Assembly (NCBI GenBank): GCA_963847625.1
Contig: CAWKAR010000039.1
Span: 1 to 64,000, forward strand
Length of the DNA stretch: 64,000 bases
DNA from: a candidate division FCPU426 bacterium
Lineage (GTDB): Bacteria > Oederibacteriota > Muellerivitia > Muellerivitales > Muellerivitaceae
Reading direction: 5' to 3'
Shown piece by piece: positions 55,172 through 64,000 of this stretch (the first letter of the stretch is position 1; each line of letters opens with the position of its first letter). The notes beneath the pieces were generated by a model. That model saw nothing but the letters and a program-made list of their open reading frames with translations, searched no databases and was not told the DNA's origin. A program made the translations under genes and the position numbers.

Positions 55172-55788
55172 TTATTCAGAAGCAGTTGAAATGCTTAAGG
55201 AGGTGAGTGTTCTTTGAATATTCTTGAAAATCTGGATTGTAATGATGATAGATGTTTGCCGGCGGGAGAGGCGCAGAAATATTCGCGAGAGAATCTATTG
55301 GCATCATGCCCTGGTGGTGTGGCCCATTTCCCAGGCCGAACGCATTTCTTTGTGCCATTCTGGACTCACTGTCTCCAGTGATGAACAAGATATGACTCTA
55401 TGACCGGGTTCCTTTTTAAAACAAGTTTTAGAGCATTCGAGTAACCCGATTTTAAAAATAAGGCTAGCATTTATCCTATCTTTCAGACTATGGACAGACC
55501 AAATCATTGTTCCATATGCACAATTAGTTGTGGGTAGCACCCCTAGGTATGCAGTTTGTAGCTTAAAAGGGGTATGGACCCCTGAATAGGTAGAGCATTA
55601 ACCCCAAAACCCCGGTTGCCCTGCCTGAAATAACGGTTAAAATAATTTTGTGCAATAGGACGGGAACCCAGTTGCAAGAAAATTAAACAAATAACATAGG
55701 TTTCGATAAATATTTTTACGGAAGATTTACCCGTTTAACCCAGCTTTTATTGATACAGGAATCTGAAAGGTTGACCCGAAAAACTTGA

Positions 55789-58700
55789 ATGGAAACCAAA
55801 TTCGTTAAACCCGTACGCTACGGCGACATCATCGAAATCGACATCCACTCCCTCGCCTTCGGGGGGGATTCAGTAGGCCGTTACCGTGATTTTGCCATAT
55901 TTGTCCCGGGTGGGCTCCCTGGCGAGAGGTTGGCCGTAAAGATCACCCGGGTCAAGGACCATTTCGCTACGGGTGAGATTGTCAACTTCCTCAAGCGTTC
56001 CCCGGACCGCATTGTCCCAGGTTGTCCCGTATTCGAGGAATGCGGTGGGTGTCAATGGCAGCACCTACACTATTCCCGACAGCTTCAAGCCAAGCGCCAG
56101 TTCGTCGTGGATGCTTTTCAAAGAATCGGGCATCTTTCCAATGTAGTGGTACAGCCCAGTCTGCCTTCGCCCAATCCATACGCTTACCGCAACAAAGCCC
56201 TGCCGGTTCTTTCGATGCGGGAGGGTCATTATGTTTCCGGGATCTACGAACCCCGTTCCCACCACTTAGTGCCCTACCAGACATGCCCCATTCAGGGAGA
56301 CGCCGTCAATGACCTGATCCAAAAAGTCCTGAATAAGATCGATCGTTCCGGTTTGACGCCCTACCAGGAAAAAAAACACATAGGTTTTTTAAGGCATTTG
56401 GCTGTCCGTCAGGGATTGAAAACGGGCGAGATGATCTTGTCCTTTATCACCCGCGCAGAGGTGCCTGAGGAACGGCTTCAAAAACCCGCCTTGGTACTGG
56501 AATCCCTGGACCATGTCCTGCCACGTCTTGCGGCGGAGCTTATGGAGGAGATTCCCGGCCTGGTCGGCGTCCTACAAAACATCAATCCTTCCCGCACCAA
56601 CGCTGTATTCGGCTCCACCACGCGTCTCCTCGTGGGGCGGGACCACTATTTCGAGGTTATCGATGACCTCCGGCTGAGAGTCTCTCTGATGTCCTTCCTG
56701 CAGGTCAACACTCTTCAGGCGGATATTCTTCACACCGTCGTCAGGGAGGCATTGGGAGAACCGGCTCACAAGAAAAAATGGGGGATCCTGCTGGATCTTT
56801 TCTCCGGCCTCGGCACCCTGGCCTTGGCTGTTTCCCAAAAGGTTGATTATGTGGTGGGCATCGAGGAATCAGCCCCCGCCGTGGAAGACGCCAAATTCAA
56901 CGCGACGTTGAACCAACGGGACAACATCGATTTTCTGGAAGGCGACGTGGGCCGTGTTCTCATGGGTCTCAAGGAAAAAGGATTAACGCAACTGGACGCT
57001 GCGATCATGGACCCTCCCCGCAAAGGAATCCTGCCGGAAGTCCTGGCACGGTTGACGGCTTTCCACCCGGAAAGATTGGTTTATGTATCCTGTGACCCTT
57101 CCACGCTGGCTCGGGATCTTTCCCTTTTAACTAAGCACGGCTACTCGGCTGATTGGGCCCAGCCTATCGACATGTTTCCCCAGACCTATCACGTTGAAAC
57201 GGTGGTGAGACTTACCCGGCAAAAACCTCTCTCCCTTGAGACTATGACCGGCCTTTCGGAACAAGCGCTGGAACCTTTCCGTCTTCCCAAAACGGAACCT
57301 GTAGCCCTCAATATAAAGGGTTCCTTCGAGGCGCTCTGGAAGGGGTTGGCCCTGGTATTTCAATCCATGGTGGAACTTCTTGCCAAAGGAAAGGTTAAAG
57401 TTCGTCTGTTCTTATCGGTTATGCCCTTAGGATTTAAAAAAGTTTTAAGTGCTGCTAACTTTATTTACCTCCATTCCCTTAAAACGATCCTTTGGGTATT
57501 AAAAATAATCCCAATCACATTCCGATTATTCGCTGGTTTGTTTTGGCACATGAAAAACTCGTACAATAAATTAGTTTCGGAGAAAAAACTCACCCAGGAC
57601 TACGATGACTTTTCCCCGACTCCAACCGAAATCGCGAGGATGGAAGAAACCATTACAAAACCGACCCCGATTCTTTCAGAATGGGTTGAAACTCCATTCC
57701 GGGAAGAGTGGGAAGAAGAAACCGCGTTACAACCGCCAGAGGGCCCAGAGGAACCTCTTTCATCTATTCCGGCTTCCGGGGTGGTTTTATCGTCCTCTTC
57801 CATCCAAGAATTAGAGAAAAATGAAATTTCAGAGGGAGAGCTTTCCTCCGTTCCAGAGACCGGACAGGAACCGCTCCCGGAATGGCCTACTCCGCCACCT
57901 TTTCCTAAGCCTCTGACGGCACCGCTCTGGGAAAAATGGAAATGGCTTTATAGATCCTTTTTTAAGAGGTCCTTATTCCGTTGGACGGTTTTAGCGGTTC
58001 TTTTTTTAGGTATCGGCGCTTATTGGGCCAAAGCAACCCTTTCACCCTCCCGGCCCAAAAATTGGCTCCAGGCTCCCACTGTTTCCCAGATGATCCCGGA
58101 CGCAATCGCCGTCATGCCCACCCGAACCTTCCTTCGCTACGAAATGGTGCCCTTTGAGGTGAGGGTGAACCCGAAGAACCAGGCTTATTTCTCGGATATA
58201 CACGCCTCCGTGGAGATTTTCTGTGACGGTGAACCTGTCAATATGGTAGACGGCAGGTCCAAGTTGTATTTAAAAAAAGACCAGGCTGGAAAGAAACTCC
58301 TGGGTAATTGGCCGATTCCTTATAATCCCAAGGCTGGCACTTATATTGCCGAGATAGCCATTACTTCGCCCCAGTGGCAAACCCCCCATACCTTCGAATC
58401 CGCCTTCACCATCGCGCCATTGAAACCGCATGGGCTTTATCCGGGTTATGCCGCCCTTACCATGGAGGGGGGGAAGCAATTAGTCAACGGGGCGATTCCT
58501 CCCCTGGACGGGAACGGATCTTCCAATACCTCCAATGCCATCGACTGGGCGAAATTTATCGGTGCCAATCTGTTCTGCGATTTAATGGGGCAGACTTCCA
58601 TTTGGGACCACCTCGTCAAGGCGGATTTTCCATTCAACCGGCTTGAAATTGAAACAGGCCACCGATACGCCCGCGCCGCACACGCCAAAGGGTTGAAGTT

Positions 58701-59934
58701 CGCCAGTTACATGACCACCTTCAAGGTGGAAGGCGACGCCTGGCAACAGGCCCCTTACGAATTCTCGCTTGGATACGACCCAGACAGTGATGAGGTGATC
58801 CAGACCCGCTTCATTTCGCTTGAGGACAAAAAGCGCCGCCAGGATGTCATCGATTTTTTAAGAAAAATGGACCAGGAACCCCTTGTCGATATCATCGGGA
58901 TGGATTACGTAAGGACCGGTTTCGCGGGTTATGAAATGGTGGATGAGTTCGTCAAGGATTTGAACGTGCCGGGGCCGATGGATTTTTGGACCATGTCCAA
59001 GCAGGACCGCATCCATTGGCTGGCACGCACCGTGGAATTGAAGGAAAACCCGCAAGTGGTGGCTCTTTTCGAGTGGTGGAGGGCCCACAAGGTGGCGTTA
59101 ACCCTGAAAGGCATTCTTGATGAGGCGAAGGTTTCCAAACCCGTCTTCACCTTCACCCTCGGTTGGGAAATGGGACATCAACACGGCCAAGATCCCGCCA
59201 TGTTCATCGACGCAGGCGTGGCTTTTAACCACATCATGCTTTATGAAGGAACCCGGGAGCACATTGAGGTCATGAAACGGCATTGGCCCGTTTATTTATC
59301 CCGGGAAAACGGGATGTACGCCATGGGAGAAATGGTTGACTTCAACTGGGTCCAGAGGACCACCGATCCTCCGGCACCGTTGGAACTTTTTAACCGGCAA
59401 AATGAGACTTTCCAAAATTGGTTTCCCGAAAATGCTTCCCTGGGCATGTTTTGGCACGACCTTTACCGATTGATTTGGGGAATCCGCGGCCCTTACACCA
59501 GCATGGAATGGGCCATATCAGGCGGAAAAGCTTTCTCCGCCTTGCAACACACCGAGGGGCTTTCACCCATCGACGTAACATTGACCGCCCCGCGGGAAGC
59601 TCCCGTTGGAGTGCCGGTTCCCTTGAGTGTGGAAATTCGTAACCATTCCCCGGAAGATTTGAAAGGGGTGATACTCCACCAACTGGATGCTTCCAAGAAT
59701 TACCTGGACGAGTTGGCCACCCTGGGGCCTTTTGACCTTCCAGCTGGAAATATGGTGAAGGTGAAGAGCCTTTTCCTGAATATGCCCAAGGAAATCCATC
59801 CCGAGAGAGACAACCGTTACATGGCGGCGGTTATGGTGGAAAGACAGGGAGAACCGCTGAGGGTTTTCGATTTCGCCTATATAAAAGGGTTGCCGTTGGG
59901 AACTGTTGTTCGGAAGTTGGACACGCCCCAGTGA
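55789..59934 (+). CDS. rlmD: RlmD/TrmA-family RNA (uracil-5)-methyltransferase fused to a TM helix and a glycoside-hydrolase-like domain
   Basis: TRAM domain, CPVFEECGGC, SFLQVN, DPPRKG, YVSCDPSTLARD and DMFPQTYHVE in the first ~480 aa; one continuous 1381-aa ORF. Confidence 0.85.
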   Translation: METKFVKPVRYGDIIEIDIHSLAFGGDSVGRYRDFAIFVPGGLPGERLAVKITRVKDHFATGEIVNFLKRSPDRIVPGCPVFEECGGCQWQHLHYSRQLQAKRQFVVDAFQRIGHLSNVVVQPSLPSPNPYAYRNKALPVLSMREGHYVSGIYEPRSHHLVPYQTCPIQGDAVNDLIQKVLNKIDRSGLTPYQEKKHIGFLRHLAVRQGLKTGEMILSFITRAEVPEERLQKPALVLESLDHVLPRLAAELMEEIPGLVGVLQNINPSRTNAVFGSTTRLLVGRDHYFEVIDDLRLRVSLMSFLQVNTLQADILHTVVREALGEPAHKKKWGILLDLFSGLGTLALAVSQKVDYVVGIEESAPAVEDAKFNATLNQRDNIDFLEGDVGRVLMGLKEKGLTQLDAAIMDPPRKGILPEVLARLTAFHPERLVYVSCDPSTLARDLSLLTKHGYSADWAQPIDMFPQTYHVETVVRLTRQKPLSLETMTGLSEQALEPFRLPKTEPVALNIKGSFEALWKGLALVFQSMVELLAKGKVKVRLFLSVMPLGFKKVLSAANFIYLHSLKTILWVLKIIPITFRLFAGLFWHMKNSYNKLVSEKKLTQDYDDFSPTPTEIARMEETITKPTPILSEWVETPFREEWEEETALQPPEGPEEPLSSIPASGVVLSSSSIQELEKNEISEGELSSVPETGQEPLPEWPTPPPFPKPLTAPLWEKWKWLYRSFFKRSLFRWTVLAVLFLGIGAYWAKATLSPSRPKNWLQAPTVSQMIPDAIAVMPTRTFLRYEMVPFEVRVNPKNQAYFSDIHASVEIFCDGEPVNMVDGRSKLYLKKDQAGKKLLGNWPIPYNPKAGTYIAEIAITSPQWQTPHTFESAFTIAPLKPHGLYPGYAALTMEGGKQLVNGAIPPLDGNGSSNTSNAIDWAKFIGANLFCDLMGQTSIWDHLVKADFPFNRLEIETGHRYARAAHAKGLKFASYMTTFKVEGDAWQQAPYEFSLGYDPDSDEVIQTRFISLEDKKRRQDVIDFLRKMDQEPLVDIIGMDYVRTGFAGYEMVDEFVKDLNVPGPMDFWTMSKQDRIHWLARTVELKENPQVVALFEWWRAHKVALTLKGILDEAKVSKPVFTFTLGWEMGHQHGQDPAMFIDAGVAFNHIMLYEGTREHIEVMKRHWPVYLSRENGMYAMGEMVDFNWVQRTTDPPAPLELFNRQNETFQNWFPENASLGMFWHDLYRLIWGIRGPYTSMEWAISGGKAFSALQHTEGLSPIDVTLTAPREAPVGVPVPLSVEIRNHSPEDLKGVILHQLDASKNYLDELATLGPFDLPAGNMVKVKSLFLNMPKEIHPERDNRYMAAVMVERQGEPLRVFDFAYIKGLPLGTVVRKLDTPQ

Positions 59935-60300
59935 AATGTAATTTTGAAAAATAGGGACATCAGAATAGTTTTAGAGCATCTTAAATTGTTTAATCAATTG
60001 CCTTGTTCGATATTTCCTTGTTATGTCAAATCTGGAGTTTTAAGGATGTTTCCGAAGGCCCGATTTGACGCATTTCACGGCGGTTCGGAGTTATTTTTCC
60101 AATCAATCAGTATAAATGGAAAAGTAAAATTCAATGCCGGGCTTGTTTAACGGTAATAAACCCAATGAAAAGGGTTTTAAATAAAAGGTTCCCGGAATAT
60201 GCGTTCTTTTGAATTTTCTTAAAAAAAGATTCCAGCTTTTCCAAGCTTTTTAGTAAAATACCGGCGTTTTCCCTCACCATTCTTTTCACGAAGGGTGTTT

Positions 60301-61068
60301 ATGGCCTCCTCCAAATTTCTAGCCGCCTGTGGAATCTTGGGGTTTATTCTTTTGGCCGGATGCGGGGCAGTTTTTGTAAATGAAGGCTCAAAGAACGCTT
60401 CCTTGGCCCACGGCTTGGCCAATCCCGAAAAAAACACAATAAAAGTAAACGTCACTAAAGATGCTTCTGTCATTTCTAATTTCGACGACGGCTCCAATAA
60501 TGGGAACCCTAAACTTTTCGGCGACGGTTCGGGAACATGGGCTACCATGACCTGGGCCGGAAACGCGGTCAACAGCAATTTCGTGGTAAAAGGGGGTGCC
60601 AACGGCACCAAGATGGCCGCCCATGTGTTCGGCAGTCTGACCGACAAGGGTGATGCTTCCTACCCCGAATTTGACCTGCAATTCAATTTCAAGGGAAAAG
60701 ACTTGTATGACGCCAGTAATTTCGCGGGTATTAAGTTTTATTACAAATGTCCCGCGGCCGACCAAGCCCTCAAACGCCGTTTCAATATTGCCACCGCGCC
60801 CACCCTTCCTATGTCTGACGGTGGAACCTGTGAGTCGGCTTGTTACAACCATTACGGCGCCAATTTGAAGCCCATTTCAGACTGGACGGCGTTGTCCTAT
60901 AATTTCAGCGATTTAACCAGGTTACCGGGTTGGGGCTCGCCAGTGGCGCCTCCCGAGTTGACTGAACACTTGAAGGAATTCATCTATATTAAGTGGGGTC
61001 ATTCCGCGGACAACGCGGCTGGGACTTATACCATCGACTATTGGGTGGATGAGGTGGAGTTTTTCTGA
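60301..61068 (-). other. No minus-strand feature supported; see the plus-strand lipoprotein at the same coordinates
   Basis: The minus-strand ORFs here are shadows of the plus-strand gene. Confidence 0.05.
60301..61068 (+). CDS. Lipoprotein with CBM11/CIA30-like carbohydrate-binding domain
   Basis: Lipobox LAGC; ISNFDD, YDASNFAGIKFY, WT...FSDL and YWVDEVEF. Confidence 0.75.
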   Translation: MASSKFLAACGILGFILLAGCGAVFVNEGSKNASLAHGLANPEKNTIKVNVTKDASVISNFDDGSNNGNPKLFGDGSGTWATMTWAGNAVNSNFVVKGGANGTKMAAHVFGSLTDKGDASYPEFDLQFNFKGKDLYDASNFAGIKFYYKCPAADQALKRRFNIATAPTLPMSDGGTCESACYNHYGANLKPISDWTALSYNFSDLTRLPGWGSPVAPPELTEHLKEFIYIKWGHSADNAAGTYTIDYWVDEVEFF

Positions 61069-61116
61069 TTGTTGTTTCTATAAGTTTTTGCCCTAGTTTG
61101 ACTTTAGGAGTTTTTT

Positions 61117-64000
61117 TTGAAATTTAGCTTTAAAATTTTTATAACGTCCTTTTTCTTAAGCCTTTTTTCTTTGGCCACCGGAGCGGGTTTCCTTTTGGCT
61201 GATCCAATGGAAAACGTGGGACCCGACCAGAGTCTTTACCAAAGGGTGAAGAAGCTAGCGGATTTAGGCCTGTTAGACCCCCAGGACCAAGCGGTCCTGG
61301 ATCAGGGGAAAATAGTCACCCGCCTTGAGTTGGCTTTCTATACCGAGAAAGCCGCCGCCAGGATTGAGGCGCCTCAATTGGCATTGCCGAGTCCTACTCC
61401 TGAAGTTGTCGCACCGGCTCCGACGGAAGCGCCATTGCAAATGCCTCCTATTATTTCTGCTCCAGAATTGCCTGCTCCAGCACAACCGGCAACGGCGTTA
61501 CCCTTGCCTGAAAACACCCCTGTTTCCGCTCAGCCGGCTTTAGAACTTCCAGCCCCGTCATTGCCCCCGCCGGAAAATACACCAGTTCCACCTTCGGTAT
61601 TACCGGCACCCTTGCCTGAAAACACCCCGGTCTCCGCACAGCCGGCTTTAGAGCTTCCAGCACCAGCATTGCCCCCGCCGGAAAATACCCCGGCTCCGCC
61701 TCCGGCTTTACCGGCACCAGCGCCACCTTTGCCCGAAAACACTCCTGTCCCCGCCCCACCGGCTTTAGAGCTTCCAGCTCCTTCATTGCCCCCGCCGGGA
61801 AATACCCCGGTTCCGCCTCCGGCTTTACCCGAGCCGGCATTACCTTTGCCGGAAAGCACTCCGGTTCCAGCTCTTCCAACACCTTCAACTCCTTCTCCCG
61901 TTGTTACTCCTGTTACCACGCCCATAGTCACTTCTGTTCCCACACCGGCTCCCATACTCCCGGAAGCCACCGGTGCCTTGAGAAATGAAATCCAAGATCT
62001 GCTGAAACAACTTCACGCGGAGGCGGTTTTTCTTCGCTCGCGTTTAAGTCTAGATGATCCCCGCATTAAAGCCCAGGAAGACGAGTTGGATAATCTCAAA
62101 AAAGTACAAGATGAAGTGGATACCACCTGGAAAAAGGCCGACAAGTCGGCGGGCATCCCCAATTTCAACACCAACATCAATACCCGATTCGAAAACATCA
62201 ATGTTTCCGGAAGCCTTGCCACCGAGAGTGTCTCAAAGGCCTTGGAAGAAATCTGGTGCGGGATGTACTCGGACCTGGGGGGCAAAGGGGCTCTCTCCCT
62301 TGGGGTGGGCGGGATCTTGCCTTATGACAACGCCTCTGCCAACTATGACTTGTGGGGTGTGTACGGCACAGGACCCGTATCCCTTTATATCGGCAACCCC
62401 AGCTGCACTTTGGACCTGTATGGAGACTTGGGCAAGTGGGACACCACCTTTGCGGTTGAAGCCTACCAACCCGACACTACTTACGGCGATTTCAGCCGAG
62501 GTTACGCCAATAATTCTCTTAAAAGGTTCGAGAATCCTTGGAACATTAAGAGCTTCAACGACGATAAGAACGCAAAGAACTGGGACGATTTCATGAGTAA
62601 CATCAGCTACGTTCCAAGCTATTCCCCGACGGCCGGCAATGTGCAATCCACCAGCGACCGGGTTATTGATGGTATTTATGCGGTAGGGAAAAATGTGCCT
62701 TGGCTAGCCCCGGGAGGACGCATGTGGTTTCTGGCGGGCCGGATGGGTGAAACCACAACCCAAAGCCTTCGCTGGGAGGAGGGCGCCAAAATCGACCAGC
62801 CTTGGGCCCACAATCTTATTCGGACCGCTATTTCCACCGAGTGGGTGAACGACAATTTCGGCGTAAGCAACCTGCCCATGACACCCCAGCTAGATATGAA
62901 GGATTACTCGGCCGACATCCATTTGAACCTGACCCCCGTCTTATTCGATATCGAAGGCGGGTTTTCGCAATTCTACACCGGCAGCGTTTATCCCGGTCCT
63001 TCCTATATTCAATCGGGCCTTCTTCAGCCTGATTCCGATGTCATTCAGGCGGGCGCGGGCCAAGCCTCCCTGGCTTTTTATCCTCTCACTTTTTACTACT
63101 TTGCTATCAGCGAGAATTACGCAGACTTCATGAGCAAAGTCACCATGAGCGGGTTCAATTTCTTCCATCACGGGCTTTATTTCAATCCCAGCGATTTCCA
63201 AGATGTTTATGGCGCCATTGGGGAAGTAGATAACCTTCAATCCGACCGGTACGGTTGGAGGGCCAACTTGGGATGGGACGGCCGGGAACAGGATTGGATG
63301 AAGAACTGGCCTAGTTTCCTGGATACCTTTATCATCAACTTTGACTTGTCCGAAAAGAAAGAATATGTCGCCGAGCAGGGGCAAGAGGGTTGTTTCATGG
63401 TGGAACCCACCCAAATGCTAAGCTTTTACTATCCGGACGATGAGGGTTTGTGGGGTTTGGACCTGTGGGGAAATTACGCCCCCAACGTGAATCCTTTAAG
63501 ACAGACTTACATCAACAATATTGAACAGCAACGCAACGATGGGGACATCGTCAACGACGACGTGCGGTACCAGTTTAGGATGACCAGCGAGAGGCTTCCC
63601 CTAATTATGCCTATGTATGTTCAAAGTGTAGTGGTGAGCGGTGGCATCCCCGTTACAACCTATAGTCTAAATCCTGTAACAAATGGACAACCGCCTGCGA
63701 CTAATAACGGGCATAATATATATGCCAATATCACCGATCTTAAAACGTACGACTACATAACCTTATCCGCCAAGCTAAAAATGGACAAGTGGTTCGGCTT
63801 GAAGACTCCCATGGACGGATTCTTCTTCGTGACCGACAACAAAGTTTCGGGTGTTGCCTCCAACGCCACCACGGTCCTTCCCACCAGCACTACTATCAAC
63901 AACATAACACCCACCATCACCGTTAACATCCCCAATCTTTTTGAACAGTTGGTCTACGATGGATCCATCATGATTAACGCGGTCAAGAATGTGGATTTGA
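61117..64000 (+). CDS. Large SLH-like / Pro-rich / coiled-coil / beta-barrel outer-membrane protein (partial, runs off the window)
   Basis: AGGAG RBS and TTG start; signal peptide; VGPDQSLYQRVKKLADLGLL...VTRLELAFY (SLH-like); LP.PENTPV repeats; LRNEIQDLLKQL coiled coil; frame open wherever I checked up to 64000. Missing from the ORF track because it has no stop. Confidence 0.8.
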   Translation, partial: MKFSFKIFITSFFLSLFSLATGAGFLLADPMENVGPDQSLYQRVKKLADLGLLDPQDQAVLDQGKIVTRLELAFYTEKAAARIEAPQLALPSPTPEVVAPAPTEAPLQMPPIISAPELPAPAQPATALPLPENTPVSAQPALELPAPSLPPPENTPVPPSVLPAPLPENTPVSAQPALELPAPALPPPENTPAPPPALPAPAPPLPENTPVPAPPALELPAPSLPPPGNTPVPPPALPEPALPLPESTPVPALPTPSTPSPVVTPVTTPIVTSVPTPAPILPEATGALRNEIQDLLKQLHAEAVFLRSRLSLDDPRIKAQEDELDNLKKVQDEVDTTWKKADKSAGIPNFNTNINTRFENINVSGSLATESVSKALEEIWCGMYSDLGGKGALSLGVGGILPYDNASANYDLWGVYGTGPVSLYIGNPSCTLDLYGDLGKWDTTFAVEAYQPDTTYGDFSRGYANNSLKRFENPWNIKSFNDDKNAKNWDDFMSNISYVPSYSPTAGNVQSTSDRVIDGIYAVGKNVPWLAPGGRMWFLAGRMGETTTQSLRWEEGAKIDQPWAHNLIRTAISTEWVNDNFGVSNLPMTPQLDMKDYSADIHLNLTPVLFDIEGGFSQFYTGSVYPGPSYIQSGLLQPDSDVIQAGAGQASLAFYPLTFYYFAISENYADFMSKVTMSGFNFFHHGLYFNPSDFQDVYGAIGEVDNLQSDRYGWRANLGWDGREQDWMKNWPSFLDTFIINFDLSEKKEYVAEQGQEGCFMVEPTQMLSFYYPDDEGLWGLDLWGNYAPNVNPLRQTYINNIEQQRNDGDIVNDDVRYQFRMTSERLPLIMPMYVQSVVVSGGIPVTTYSLNPVTNGQPPATNNGHNIYANITDLKTYDYITLSAKLKMDKWFGLKTPMDGFFFVTDNKVSGVASNATTVLPTSTTINNITPTITVNIPNLFEQLVYDGSIMINAVKNVDL
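61495..61875 (+). repeat. Pro-rich coding tandem repeats ((L/P)P.PENTP(V/A))
   Basis: About seven GAAAA(C/T)AC(C/T)CC-type units; larger ~110-120-bp duplications. Confidence 0.85.

Noticed and set aside
55176..55540. Short minus-strand ORFs next to the MITE
   Set aside because: No recognisable motif or RBS; possibly decayed sequence, but not callable.
1..64000. tRNA, rRNA, integrase or prophage genes
   Set aside because: No cloverleaf or rRNA-like sequence and no phage or tyrosine/serine integrase motifs were recognised by eye.

Overview
A 64-kb window from a moderately GC-rich diderm bacterium. Most of it is ordinary envelope, secretion and housekeeping content: a macro-domain/YbhB/TPM/nucleotidyltransferase/LemA cluster, secreted NHL and FG-GAP proteins with FlgD-Ig/T9SS-like tails, two paralogous type IV pilins, GT-C glycosyltransferases, dinB, suhB, a large Gly-rich autotransporter, a LacI regulator with carbohydrate-binding genes, and an SLH-coiled-coil-barrel protein that runs off the right end. 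I found no rRNA, tRNA or CRISPR-cas genes. The most unusual part is 18.7-23.9 kb, which holds: (i) ~900 bp of non-coding, helically phased repeats next to a small winged-helix gene; (ii) GGGGTC-type repeats followed by a truncated AT-rich toxin-tip/ankyrin-immunity pair and a truncated host gene; (iii) a complete IS1111-group IS110 element whose downstream RNA carries segments matching its own circle junction and its insertion site; and (iv) at that insertion site, the terminal repeat of a HUH/Y1 (RAYT-like) nuclease element. An end fragment of a sister IS1111 element sits in a related 21-bp-period array at 50.3 kb. Other oddities are an RlmD-like RNA methyltransferase fused through a membrane helix to a glycoside-hydrolase-like domain, a probable AUU start codon, and nested miniature repeat elements. 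All family calls are from motif recognition by eye; no database searches were run.
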